Below are positions 1 through 12,517 of a DNA stretch of 64,000 nucleotides, one piece after another. The position numbers were made by a program, and so were the translations under genes. The notes beneath the pieces are model-generated. The model saw only the letters and a program-made list of their open reading frames with translations. It searched no databases and was not told the DNA's origin. The stretch's first letter is position 1. Each line of letters opens with the position of its first letter. The DNA comes from Balanoglossus misakiensis (lineage: Eukaryota; Animalia; Hemichordata): contig CM082577.2 of assembly GCA_040954595.2 (NCBI GenBank), positions 12,779,903 to 12,843,902 of the forward strand, read 5' to 3'.

Positions 1-1
1 A

Positions 2-595
2 GAGTATGTGTCGGCCACTCTCAGTAAGGGCATATGGTTTCGCAGGCAGCTTATGGGTGTAAATAAATTAAACACCATAATGAAATCGATGGCAACAGCC
101 GCTGGTATCTCCCACAAGCTCAGCAATCACAGTGCTCGGAAAGCATGTGTTCAACGTTTGTTGGATGCCGGTGTACCACCTAATACAGCAGCCCAGCTCA
201 GCGGCCATAAAAATCCAGCCAGCTTGAATAGATATGCTGTCGCAAACGAAGATCAACAACGAAAAATGAGTAACATCCTGAGTGGAATTGACAACACATT
301 CGATCCACGACCGAGCACATCCAAAAGCCTCGTACCGTTGTCAGCCACCAACGCGAGCGATCGACCACCGGCTCCTGAAAACGGCGACCTTGTTAGTACC
401 GCATCATCTTCATCGCGCTCCTTGCAATTGTGTAGCCAACAAGTCCAAAATCAATTGCCAGGGTTAATTTCCAACACCCAAATCACCGGTGGGGTTTTCA
501 ACTTCACGTTCAACATCGGAGCTGGAGGCAGTTCTACTCCTTCAGCAAAACGCCACCGACCAACCATGTTGTACTCGGACTCTGATTCCGACTAA
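2..595 (+). CDS. Tyrosine recombinase C-terminal part (Crypton-like, DUF3504-type); ORF starts upstream of the window
   Basis: Translation W-F-R-R-Q-L-M-G-V-N-K-L...SNHSARK...SGHKNPASLNRY carries the H-x-x-R, (G)H and Y catalytic residues of tyrosine recombinases, followed by a Ser/Thr-rich tail. The frame is open from the window start. Confidence 0.85.
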   Translation, partial: EYVSATLSKGIWFRRQLMGVNKLNTIMKSMATAAGISHKLSNHSARKACVQRLLDAGVPPNTAAQLSGHKNPASLNRYAVANEDQQRKMSNILSGIDNTFDPRPSTSKSLVPLSATNASDRPPAPENGDLVSTASSSSRSLQLCSQQVQNQLPGLISNTQITGGVFNFTFNIGAGGSSTPSAKRHRPTMLYSDSDSD

Positions 596-955
596 ACTTC
601 CGCGAATTTCGTGCATCTTTCCGATCCTACTATTTGACTTTCCAATTTTCAATTTTTCAGCTTAAAAAAAAAACGTTTTAATGTTATCGTATTTACAAGT
701 TTTAGCGTGTTGAATTGATTAAATCGTTTGTTTTGAGTATTATACCTGTTTGTGTCAGTGCTGTCTATGAATGAGTGGCGTTCTTAGGTAAGTGATGATG
801 TCATTTGCATATGAATAGAGTCAAAAACTTAAACCGCTGAGCTGAAAAGATTCTAGCTAATTATAATAATCTCAGTAATAAGATATCAATCCGCAGTGAA
901 ATGGCTCCCCAGTTACGTTCAAAATGTGGTGATTTTTAGAACATATGTAATAATA

Positions 956-1114
956 ACAGAACTCCATGACCTCAGCCCTCGAGCTGTGCCGTCCATATGT
1001 TATTTTCACTCGTGATACGGTTGTATCCTGCTGTACAGCCGCAGGATACAACCGCATCACTCATGAAAATAACATGGACGGCACAGCTCGAGGGCTGAGG
1101 TCATGGAGTTCTGT
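956..1114. repeat. Long hairpin/palindrome (~75-bp arms)
   Basis: acagaactccatgacctcagccctcgagctgtgccgtccat...atggacggcacagctcgagggctgaggtcatggagttctgt. The inner arms cggttgtatcctgc / gcaggatacaaccg also pair. Confidence 0.95.
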
Positions 1115-1149
1115 CATATGACTACAGACCGGTTTCAAACCTTCCGTTC

Positions 1150-2451
1150 TTGTCAAAACTCCTCGAGCGTGTAGTCTTTCAGCAACTGAACAGTCACCTC
1201 ACTAAATTTAGTCTTTTCACAAAGTTTCAAAGTGCTTACCGTGCTAATCATAGCACGGAAACTGCTCTCTTGCGTGTCCACAATGACATCATGCTTGCCT
1301 TGAATAACAAACAGGATGTAATTCTTATCATGTTAGATTTATCAGCGGCGTTTGACACTATCGATCATGAAATAATGCTACAGAGACTACATCATCGTTT
1401 TGGAATAACTGGTAACACTTTATCGTGGTTTCGTTCGTACCTCGTTAATCGCCAACAGTGCGTCAAGGTTGGATATGCATCATCCCCAAGTTCTCGCATG
1501 GAATATGGCGTTCCACAAGGATCTGTTCTAGGACCTCTCATGTTTACACTCTACACTGCACCTCTGGAAGACATCTTCGGAAAACACGGGATTGATTGCA
1601 TGATATATGCGGAGGATACGCAAATTTATGCCATCTGCAACAGCCCTAACGATGTTCGCAATAACATTGAGCTCTGCGTCGATGATATCCGCAGCTTGAT
1701 GAAATCTAACATGCTTGTACTGAATGATGATAAAACTGAAGTTATTCACTTTTCATCATGTTTAAAATCTAATGTGACAAAATTAGACTGTCTAAGAATC
1801 GGACAATGTGACATATTTCCTTCAGTTTCAGTTAAAAATCTCGGCGTTATTTTAAGTCAGGATGGTAGCATGTCTGATCATATTAGTAAGCTGTGCAAAA
1901 ATGGTTTCTTCTCTTTGCATAGAATAGCTAAAATTCGTAATCTTCTTGACAGATCTACAACTGAGAAACTAGTCCATGCATTTGTAACGTCTCATTTAGA
2001 TTACTGTAATTATAGTCTTTTGTTTGGTATCCCGAAGGGACATCTAGCTCGACTTCAGTCTCTACAGAATGCTGCGGCGGGGCTAGTTACTCGTACGCGC
2101 AAGTCCGATCATATCACACCCATACTCAAAGATTTACACTGGCTACCGGTAGAGGCCCGCATCAGTTTTAAAATTCTCTTGCTCACATTCAAATGTATCA
2201 GTGGTCAGGCACCTGCCTATTTGACTGATCTTTTACATTTATATGTACCAGCTCGAGAACTGCGCTCGAGTGTTCAATTCTTTTTAACTCATCCTCATGC
2301 TAAATTTAACAAAACCAACGGACAGAGAGCTTTTTCAGTTTGTGCGCCCATTTTATGGAACAATTTACCCCTTGATATCAAAACCGCCAGAAGTGTCAAT
2401 ATTTTTAAGCGTAATTTGAAAACTTACCTTTTTACTCGGTTTTATGTGTAA
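1150..2451 (+). pseudogene. Reverse transcriptase ORF2 fragment of the LINE (probably inactive)
   Basis: 433-aa open frame with RT motifs, no endonuclease domain, and YAED in place of the catalytic YADD. Confidence 0.85.
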
Positions 2452-2544
2452 CGTGTTCGATTGTGTCCTTTTAACTATTTTTACCAGCCTTGTATTTTTT
2501 AATCTACTCTTTTAGCTATGTACAATGCGCTGAGACGTATGTGT

Positions 2545-2724
2545 CATTGTCTGTGCCAACCAAAAACCAGTTTGCTCCCGCGGCGGGTTTAATGGCCAAA
2601 CAAATCATGTCGTAGTGGTCACAAGTCAACTGCGATAAATTCAATGCTACCTGCCCATCCATGACCATGACTGAAGTCGAAGGTTCGACAGTTTGCTCAT
2701 CGGTGTCCGTCGCTATGGCAGCAT
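2545..2724 (-). repeat. 180-bp copy of exon sequence 3368-3547 inserted in the LINE 3' UTR
   Basis: Direct copy with about 10 substitutions. 'cat' occurs at both junctions. Confidence 0.92.
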
Positions 2725-2887
2725 AGCGCATTTTAAACAATTCTTAATAATAATACCCGGTGGGGCGTACCTTTCTAGCCACCCACTGAAAATCTGTAAT
2801 CTAAAGTTACCATGGTAAGTGTGGCTAAATTTGAATAGGTGACCGTGTACCATTATTGAAACAAGCCCGAACTTATTTTTTAAATAC

Positions 2888-5800
2888 CTTTTATCCTATT
2901 TCTCCAGAATGTATATGTAAATCTGGAGTATTCGTACTCCGACTTGAATGCTGCCAAAGTACCACCTTGAGATGCACAGTCTGCGGCTGCGTCATACCAC
3001 GAAAGTGGATTGTCAAAGAAACTGTACTTGTATGTATCTGAAGCATTCAAAGAGAAGTCGTTTTGTTAGAACCATGTCTGAAGGTAGTATGCGCTCCGAA
3101 AATCAAAGTCTTAAACTATTTATTTGACATTGCGAACTTTCATACCCTTCAAAGGAGACCCAACAAAGGCCTTCGTGTAACAAGGCAAATTCAATGTCTC
3201 ATATAAGAATTGTAATATAACAATTCATATTTATTATTATTATGCGCAAAAAAAAAACAAAAAACAAAACAAATACATTCACATAAACTAGAAAACAAAA
3301 AGCAACTTACTTCGGCACGTTTCCAAGTGTTGCCCGAATGTCGCACAGATGAAACGGTAGTTCTTTCCATTGTCTGTGCCAACCCAAAACCAGTTTGCTC
3401 CCGCGGCGGGTTTAATGGCCAAACAAATCATGTCGTAGTGGTCACAAGTCGACTGCGATAAATTCAATGCTACCTGCCCATCAATGACCATGACTGACGT
3501 CGACGTTCCGACGGTTTGCTCGTCGGTGTCAGTCGCTATGGCAGCATCGACATCAGTGAGCTGTGGGGCTGCCCTGTCCGGATTGAAAGGGCCGTTTTTG
3601 CTCATCGTGGCGGTGATACGGAATAGATCGTGTAGGTAGCCTTTGAGTTTACCCGTGTCCACATCACCTATCTCCATGGTAAATGTGAAATTGTAAGTGC
3701 GACAAATCCCCATGGTGATATTAAAATTGTGAGTCATATTGCTGACTGTTGTAGACTGCAAATCAATGGCAACTGAAAAAAAGGAGAATGCAAAACCTTA
3801 CTGATGCGAAATTCAGTTGATGGACTCTCAGAGTAAGATATAATTGGACACTTTAAATGGACTTGTTCAAACTACAATTGGTGTCTATCAGCATATGAGA
3901 GAGTAGCTGTGGAAACACAGCTGTTCCGCCAGGGGGGGGGGGATATGCTAATTTGGGTAATTAATATAACAAACAATTGGGCGATATCATAGTGCCTATA
4001 TTTTGCCAATATTGACTACCTTTACATTGATCGAAGGGAATACATGCAGCGGAACTATCCTCTTCGCTCCAAACCCAGTTACTCCCCAGAGCTGGTATCA
4101 CATCCACGCATGCGTAGCCGTATTCGTAACATCCGAGGTTGAAGAGATCATAGTCCGAATACACGATGGTCATGTCTCCAGTTGAACAGTGCGCACAGAC
4201 TTGCACAGCGCCACCCAATGCTGTTTGCCCACTGGGTAGTTTCGCAGATTTATTGGTATCTGTCGGCACATTGTATTTCAAGTAAGGCGACCCGCCATTC
4301 TGGTCTTTCGCTATGTAGACTTTGAAATCGAAAAGAGCGTTGGTGGTGCCCGCAAACGCCCCCGTATCTCTATCTGCGTCAATATGGACTTTTAATTGAA
4401 AAGTGGCCGGTAAGCCCATGTTTACGGCAATGGATTGGTTATTCCCGTTGGCCAGGCTAATCCTCCCGCTTAGTTGATCTGAAATACAAACAAAGACGAT
4501 GCATGTACTGGTTTTGAAACGCAAAATAAATATTACTACGGCTTAAACGCGCAGGCTTTATCGTTGTTCTGCGCCTGTATCAAGTTTCAGTGGGACTAAT
4601 CGTTATCCCAATGAACACGTACCACGTACAGTTAATCTGCCCGTTAGGATGTCAGGTACTTTTTGTTACTTTAATTCTGGGATTAACGCGTTATTTTATA
4701 CCGTAATGCGTGCACATGTATGTACATGTACAGCACTTGATTGCACGTTAAAGCATTTCTTTCCAAATCTCTTTTCAGCAGATATTACTTGCAAGATTTA
4801 GCCATAGATATTGAGGATGTAACTGGTCATGGTTTTTCATTCGGAATGCCGGAAGAGAATCTACGCTCAAAGTCTTCCATGAATAAATATGTGGCAAGGT
4901 CCTGCCATACAATGTAGATTGATGTTTAAGTGTCAAAAATCTAGTTTTCATATCATTTTAAACTTGTCTAAAGAATCAAGAGATTCAATCTTGTACGTAC
5001 GTCGGCATGTCGGTATTAAAGCACAGGCGATTGTAACGCTGTCGTCTGATGGAAACCAATGATTGGCGCCCGCTGTTGGTGATAATTTGTAGCAGACGTG
5101 AGAGTAAACGTCACAGCTCATGTTGCTGGTGTCCAAATCACCCGCAACACCTTGGATGACCATCTCGTTTTCTGGTCGCACTGTCGACACCCCAGTATTC
5201 AGTAAGGAAGTCTCCACCTTATGCGAGGCTCCAAGTCCAGATTCGTCACTGGCAAGGAAGGCGTACACGTTGAATATGGCGGCCATGTTGTCGGTTATGC
5301 TTGCCGTGTTTGGACCAGTGAGAACAACGATGCTTTCCTCTAGCGTGACAACCGTCCCCATGGTAACGTTGTATTCAGTTGGAACTGTGATTTCTCGTAT
5401 AGTCACCATACCTGTACACCAATATTAGACAGTTTCCATTTTTATTCGTCAGATAGCTTGGGATATTGCGAGATTAACTGTGATGAGACGATACACGAGA
5501 CTGCATGAATTATCTTAAGTTTTAATTGAACTCGGACTTAAGATTTATTGGGACCAAAGTATTGTTGAGGAATGGTGTAGGTAACTCAGTAAGAAATGGG
5601 GGAACTATGAAATGTTGAACCATTTTGAAAGGGACTTGGAAGAAATGATGTTCTCTGGAATATTCAGTATCATGCTTGGCAAAAAATGTTTCATGATGTT
5701 GTAGCAAAAATGTGCAACATGTCATTTGGCGAAGGTGTGCAGACGGGGGATGAGTCATTCAGATGAACTTACTTTTACAGCTCTGAATTGGTACGCAAAC

Positions 5801-6570
5801 TGTCTCCTTCGCATCATAACCCAATTGCTCACTCTCGGAAGTAGAAATTTCTAGACAGAGGCTGTTCCCGCCACAGGACGACCCCCTCAGATCAAGCCTT
5901 ACATGGACGCCACGAATGGTCATTGCTGCCGTCTCTGCAGCCAAGAGTACTTCGACACTTGGTACTACTGCAGTGGCCATCATCCCCTGCCTGGTTCCCC
6001 GCGAGTCTCGTATGTACGCCTCCATTTTGAATAAATTATCAGCCTGCACGGAAATGACGCCACCGGCGGTGGCTACGTTCATTGTGACGTCAAGTGTCAC
6101 GTCTTGTAGGGATCCCATGATGATTGAGAAATCGCCGCCACCGGACGTTGAAAATGAAGAATCGCTCCAGGAAGTGATCTGACCAGGTTCCAAAGTGGGA
6201 TCGCCTTGAATTTGAAAGATGAAACATGATAATTATATGCCGATATTCAATTCTCTATGTCGCATATTCAATAGGCCGAGATCACGTACTTCTCTCACAC
6301 TTGCGATCAACATAAAATGGGATTGATTGAGGTTTAGGATGTAACTTCTTTCTTTATTGAAATATATGGGACACAAAACAGTCCGTACGAAACCGGGTGT
6401 CACTTGGACTGGCAAATTATGATGCACAAATAGACTTTACTTATCTTATCTTGAAAACGAAGAAATATATTACTGGTTCATTGAAGAGCAAACCACAAAA
6501 ATGTACTATAAGTGTTAGATTTAAATCATGTACGTGGACAACTTACCTTCGGGCCCATGTCTTCCGTAAA
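2888..6570 (-). CDS. Multi-exon gene: four tandem ~140-155 aa Cys-containing repeat domains plus a C-type lectin domain (partial; both ends unresolved)
   Basis: GT-AG, all phase-1 exons on the minus strand: 6570-6547 (24-nt microexon, YGRHGPE), 6204-5773, 5411-5001, 4478-4020, 3772-3311 (repeat domains sharing I/V-x-MG...LF...LDL/LNL..C..Y..C..P..G-A/S-NW...C...C) and 3037-2888 (TYKYSFFDNPLSWYDAAADCASQGGTLAAFKSEYE, the N-terminal half of a CTLD). All exon lengths are multiples of 3. Confidence 0.8.
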
Positions 6571-6649
6571 CTAGAAATAGATGAATGTTAAACAAACTTG
6601 TATGAGAGAAAAGTCTTGCGATTTCTCACAAAGTGTAATATTGAGCAGT

Positions 6650-7870
6650 TAAAAGTGAATATTCTTAACTAGAAACACAACAAGTAGCATTGTAGGGCTA
6701 TCGAGTTTTCGATTTTTATGTAAAACTGTTAGAAAAAAAAAACGATACGATGATACGTTAGGTGTACGCTGCCATAGATAATGACGGCAGTGACGTGTAT
6801 GCACACAAAGATAGATAAATTCGACAAACATCAATACGTTGCGTTGGGTTACTGCCCTAAACCACACAGAAACACAACAAAATTACATCACAAAAAGGAC
6901 AAAAACATATACATATCAGAGATTAAGTTTCCTGATGGCCGTTGGCACAAAGCTGTTGCTGAACCACAGCTTAGAACATTTCAGGCAATGATATCTACGA
7001 CCTGAGGGTAACATTCCAAAGGGCAGGAATACAATGGGTTTACATGAGCAGTGATCGCACAAGCTTTTCTCAGTGTTGCATTATCCGCAAGCTCTGAGAG
7101 AACCGGTGTGGGTCTCCCAATAATCTTAGATGCTGTGTGAGAGATTTTCAACAGCTTTTTTTGCGGTTAACGACGGAGCAACGAGAAATAACAAATGTTG
7201 CAGTAAGTCCAGAGTTGTTCAACAATACTCCAGTACAATAAGAGTAGCAGATGTGGATTAACATTAAAGGAACGCAGCCTCTTGAGCACGTGCAATCTTT
7301 GCTGACATTTGAATAGCTGTTGTATGCCGATTAAAGGGGAGTTTATTGTCCAGAACAACACCAAATTCACATTTTTTGCATATTTTGGGCAATGACAACT
7401 TCATTTGAACAAACTCCCATCTACATTCCAGCATGCATCTGCACACCAAATATCAAGGTGATACACGCAGCGGTTTTCAAGTGTTTGATGTGGTCGGACG
7501 GACATACATCCATACATCTATACATCCATCCCTACATACATACAGGCGGAACCGTTCCCATAAGGTCCCATGGAACATATAAACCAAATGGGTTCAAAAT
7601 GACCACCTGTTCAACAGGTTCACCATCAATACAAATTGGGACATTTGGTTCAGATACCTGATATTTTGTCTTTGAAACACTAAGCTGTAGAAAATTTGAA
7701 TTACACCAATTCGAAATAAACTTTACCAAGTAAATTCCATTTCCGAGTTTGTGTCATTTAAAAGAGGAGTACAGCTGCATCATCAGATAATTACAAAAAT
7801 GTACTAAATATGTCCGTCAGTTAGGAAGTTATTACCCAATGAACTATTGCATTTGGTACACCCAGCCGCA
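6650..7870 (-). mobile_element. Degraded LINE (Rex1/Babar-like) RT 3' fragment
   Basis: Frameshifted fragments WCNSNFLQLSVSKTK...IDGEPVEQV; VVLDNKL; QQRLHVLKRLRSFNVNPHLLLLLYWSIVE; PSGRRYHCLKC...SFVPTAIRKLN, followed by an AT-rich 3' UTR. Confidence 0.75.
7385..7580 (+). mobile_element. Short insertion in the LINE, resembling a Helentron-associated (DINE/HINE-like) element core
   Basis: Interrupts the RT homology. Contains caccaaatatcaag...ggacggacatacatccatacat microsatellite...cccataaggtccc. Confidence 0.4.
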
Positions 7871-8914
7871 CTAATACGATCAATCAGGTTAACATGATAT
7901 ACTGTCGAGATAGCTATCTTTTTTTTCAGATATGCCAACAGAAAGCATACCAAAGATAGTTTTGCTAGTTAGACGGTTACAACAAATAGTTACATAATAT
8001 AGTGATTGCTTCCGATTCAATGAACAATGTATATGTACTCACTAAGATAGAGCGTTCCTCCTATACACGGTATGGCGACTAACACGGCGATCATGAACAG
8101 TATGGCCACGCGTCTTTTTAAACGAGCCAAGTCTTCCCTTCGCCTTTTTTCATGCGGCTGGAAATAAATGGGAGAACATATCCAGAGTTACTTTTAAAAA
8201 TGTGAGAGAGGGTGGGGGGGGGGGGATAAGTTGTCAGTCCAACTTTGCTTTGAAGAATTCTGCAAAATACAAACTCCTCGTTCGTCACTTAGCTTCATCT
8301 GTACAAATGACCGAACAATCACACATCACAAGTCACCAAAAGTGCTGGGCTGTGAAAAAAAGATAAATGAAGTCCGAAAAGACACTACATCTTTAAAGTT
8401 CGTAAAACTGTCTTACCTCTTCCTGTATTGGCGCTGTCTTATTCATATTCCCGGTCTTAGTTCAATAATGGCAAAATTCGCGTCTGACCGACGTGGCTTG
8501 GTGGTTGTAATATCACTTTTGATTCTAGCAGCGAATGATCTGTTACTGCGTTACGCGTTTTCTTCCCCTCTCGTATCACAATCTAGCGAAAACTAACTCC
8601 CCGTGCTTAAGGAGCACTTTTTATAGAATTTGTGAAATAAAGGGATTTGCCATGCTTACAAATGTGGACGTTAGTCTCATTCATTGCAAAGTCTTGGAAT
8701 AGCCAGAGGTGTGAAGATTAAGTACCGGTTTGCGAGGAGAGTAAAATGCACCTTCCAAACAAATCAGTTATTATTGTTTTCTTCATACATGTAAACATGT
8801 CGACACGGTGATTACTCCTTCTTGATACCCACAAAGGCTTGAAGGTATTTTAAAGAAGTACTCAAGAAATGGAATTTCTGGCGTTTTGCAGTCAAACACC
8901 TATGCTGGCCTAAC

Positions 8915-8986
8915 GGCTCGTGCTATATGTCTCGAATTGTACCCAAATCTCGGGTATACCCGCCTGCGGCGGGGGTTATTGCTTAA
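8915..8986. repeat. Remnant arm of a hairpin-ended element (same family as 24291-24377)
   Basis: The reverse complement (ttaagcaataacccccgccgcaggcgggtatacccgagatttgggtacaattcg) aligns with 24291-24350. Confidence 0.65.
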
Positions 8987-11900
8987 TTTTACCGTTAGTA
9001 TCATTGTGTGAAATCTACGTTGAAATTAACCACGGGGTTCAAATTGTACAGTTACCATAATATAGACCTCTCAACAGTATAATAGTCAGTCAGCGATGGT
9101 TGACTGGCGTTTCCATGTGAACAATTGTTGTTGGCCAGAAGGTGCGTGACAGGGCTACAGAAGAAAGTGGTTAATAGTAGAAGCTTACACTACACAAAGA
9201 AAATCAATTTGTACAATGAACATGTGTTTTCTGTAAAACATTAGGATAACAGCCGTGATTTTGCATTTTCATGGCTATGGGGTCACGTTGTCAAATTCGT
9301 TTGTTGTATTGTAAACAAAAAGAAACGGCATTGGCCATTTGAAATACTCATAAGACCCCTCCTCAAGCGGCTAAGGGATAGTCTGGTAGATTTAACAGTA
9401 TTAAAACTGTTTACAGGACCTACCACAAAATCTCTCTGGCGATGTAAATGGTTTGAAAATCAGAGCGTTTGGATAAACAATCTACGTTGTACTAGTAAGA
9501 GCTGAGTTTCTTTAGTCTACGATACTCGTTCAACCGACCGAGAGATTTTATTCAGTATATATGTACCGGTATACTTGTCAATTGATCGCTGCGAGCGTAT
9601 TTGTGATCGTCACACGTTTCAGTTGTGTCACCCGGAGATTGCATATACTAGTTTAGGACAAAAATGATAAATCGCGTAAGAAACTCAAACGTTCGAGTGA
9701 AGGACGGCTAGAAAGAGCGAAAATACAATATTGTGCGTGACTACGCTTGTACTTGAATGCAAGGAGAAGGGTTTACTTTCAAAAGCCGTGGCTGTCTTTT
9801 GTGACTTAAATGATGTTGCCATGATAATTCTTCATATTATGATGTACATGTAAATGGTGCTGACAATAGTACGTGGAAAAAGGGTGTGTGGTACAGACAC
9901 TTGGAGAGAATTTGAGACTTTGCTGTCAACGTTACATTGAAGCAGATGTTATTAGAGGCACTTGTAAATGACTCGACAACTAAAAAGCGAGTTTACAGGT
10001 TTCAGTCGACACAGACGCTTTTTCAATCTAGCAGTATGAGGAACGGATGTTGTACGTGTTAACCAGTGACCATTAATTGGTTTGAATTTAGTCGGACGTG
10101 TTGCCAAAGAAGGCAATTGTCTGAAATTCGATAGATTACACTCAGCATATTTGTTGACCCCATCACCCAGACTGGTTATATTGTTATTGTTGAGTATGGC
10201 TGGATCAGATTATCGCCAGGCCATAGCATGCAGCGGATATAAGTCGCTGTTTCATGTACAACAGAAAAACAAATAGAAAGCGATACAGAAAGATAGTGGT
10301 GACATTGAAAATCCTTTCTCTATTATAGACATTTTACCTGGGTTTATTTTGCTTCCTTTCGAGAAGAATCTACTTATCAACAAGTGGACCGTCGAGGACA
10401 CCATCACATCAGATTCTGTCGAATTATTTCTTGTTGTCGGTGAGAGGTTGGAGGTGCTTGAGCACAACATTGACGGTGAATTCCTTGGGCTGGGGAGTGC
10501 ACCGTGTTGTGACGGAAGTGATTCAAAAGTGTGCTATCCGTATCCAATTTTCGTTTTCTGGTAATGATTGTGTAAGAAGACGAAAGGGAAACAAAGGCTG
10601 ATGAGTGCGGGGATTCAAATGATGCGCGCGCCGACCATGACAAAAATCCGTCCTGGGTTGAATCTTTTTGGTTTATTGCCGAATAAATAAAATATACCTT
10701 TTCAACTACCTTAATTATTTCTTCAATATTGATTAAATAAAATATAATGGTAATAAAGGAAGAATAAACTGTAATGAACATCGTAAACAAAGCATTACAA
10801 TATTTGGCCACAAGCTTACATAAAAACATAACAAGGGAGCATATTGATATGGCCATAAAACTGAATGTAAATTGTTTTCGTAGTAATCTTTCCCAATACC
10901 TCCCTGTTTTCAGCCCATGCAATTAAAACTTCGAAAAATGCCCCCGCATCGTACGAAAGCTACACTACAGACTGAATGTCCTGTTCTACCTGGCGCGCCT
11001 GCTCCTGAACGCAGCAAGCCAGGTGGTTCGCCCTGCTCGCCAGGCCCGGTGAGCGTGCTTGCTGAGCGCGCCAGGCTTGAATCCTGAATATTCATGAGCT
11101 ACCTGGCTTGCATGGCCAGCCGGGTCACAGGAAGCGCGCTTGTTTACCTGGCGCGCTAGGCTTGCTCCTTGTCTATGGGCTTCATTATGTGTAGGGAACG
11201 CGTAGACCCACGCTACCCGAAACCACAAGCTCAGTCCCAAATTCGAAAGCAAGCATGCACGCAAAAAGTATTGAAATTATTTATTAAGACAAAAAAACAT
11301 CGAAAACACCTTAACTATTTAGATTTAAAAATCACCAAGCGACTAGTGGGCTAGTCTACTGGCGCACCGATTGCTTACCAGCAAGGAAGCCGGTCGGTTT
11401 GAACCCCAAACACGTTTGATTGATCCATAGGGTCTATGATATGATGGCATTTCTGGTTTTTCTAGTCTAGTTGCGCAACCTCCAATTCAGATAAAGAATG
11501 CTAGTGGTTCAAAACACTATGTACATGTAGTCATTTATGTTCATTTGTAACCTGTGTTTTATGTTACCACAGATGCATACATGTAAAGCATACACGTACA
11601 AACTACAGATCAATTGCAGCAACTTAAAAATGACGAATATCGTAGCACTTCCTGTTTCTTGCTATAACAGGGGATTAGCCCTCAGAATCTGTGTGCGTCC
11701 ACACACTAAACGGACATTGTTTTGAGATCAACGCCGTCTAAATGGCAATGTTTAGGAACACGGCAACTAACAAAAATTGAGGACGTCGAGGACATGTAAT
11801 TGCAACATATCTCAGTTTCTATACCTGGATATGCGTTCTGGACGACTTTGTCGTCTTCTTCATGACCGTTTTGATATCGTTTAGAAGTACTGGATGTTAA

Positions 11901-12457
11901 TCCACAAATCGAAAACGCCTCGTCTTTTCGGCGATCGAAAGCACCTAAAGTTGGTGGCAGACCCGGCTAACTGCGAGTGGCTAGAAAACCACTCGCGTCC
12001 AGTGTTATTGACTCGACAATGGAAACTGACCCAAGACAATAGGTTACCTAGATAAACATAATCAAAAGTCACGACAGGGTTGTGCTTTGCGTTCTCACTG
12101 TATATTTGCTTCGGTCTGGATCTGAACCACCCGTCATCGCTGTCGAAAATTAACACCGGCGCAGCACAGGCGAAAAGCATTCTCCGTCGGAGTCGTATCT
12201 GGATCGTTGCTTCACCGGTACTACACCGTTGAAAACGTTAATCAATGTACAACTCTCCTTCTCAACATAAGTTTTATTTCAGACTAGGCATTCAGGGAGG
12301 GGCGTTTAATTCACTACGAACAGAATGTGTCCGTTGTCAGTGTTAGTTTTCTTTATTAAGCATTTAAAACACAATTACACTACATTAGTTGTACAAATGC
12401 AAGGGAACATTTCCTTTCTGAACGAGAGAATGACAATCCGACAAACATGCTGATAAA

Positions 12458-12468
12458 GCCCCCCCCCC

Positions 12469-12515
<47 letters not shown>
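12458..12515 (+). repeat. C-run followed by a ~45-nt poly(A) tract
   Basis: Directly visible homopolymers. Confidence 0.9.
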
Positions 12516-12516
<1 letters not shown>

Positions 12517-12517
12517 A

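Larger units (their letters stand above)
1..1114 (+). mobile_element. 3' part of a Crypton-like (tyrosine recombinase) transposon ending in a long hairpin
   Basis: Recombinase ORF followed ~360 bp downstream by a near-perfect ~160-bp palindrome (956-1114). The LINE starts immediately after. Confidence 0.6.
1115..2755 (+). mobile_element. 5'-truncated non-LTR retrotransposon (L2/CR1 group), RT C-terminal part plus 3' UTR
   Basis: YRPVSNLPFLSKLLERVV...QSAYRANHSTETALL...LDLSAAFDT...GVPQGSVLGP...YAEDTQIY...HITPILKDLHWLPV. The 3' UTR ends with a gcgc..gcgc stem and (aat)n tail. YADD is mutated to YAED. Confidence 0.92.

Noticed and set aside
1-595. Phage integrase or bacterial contamination
   Set aside because: The context is eukaryotic (LINEs, spliceosomal introns) and the motif style matches Crypton/DUF3504 recombinases.
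5120-6182. Plus-strand ORFs overlapping the repeat-domain exons
   Set aside because: Antisense shadows of the real minus-strand exons.
8231-8596. Possible first exon for the minus-strand repeat/CTLD gene (donor near 8416), or a plus-strand signal-peptide ORF
   Set aside because: The candidate minus-strand exon is phase 0 and has no signal peptide, so it is incompatible with the phase-1 microexon. The plus-strand ORF has no downstream support.
9500-10700. Possible decayed coding sequence (death-domain-like and acidic fragments)
   Set aside because: Multiple stops, no consistent frame or splice pattern; cannot be supported by eye.
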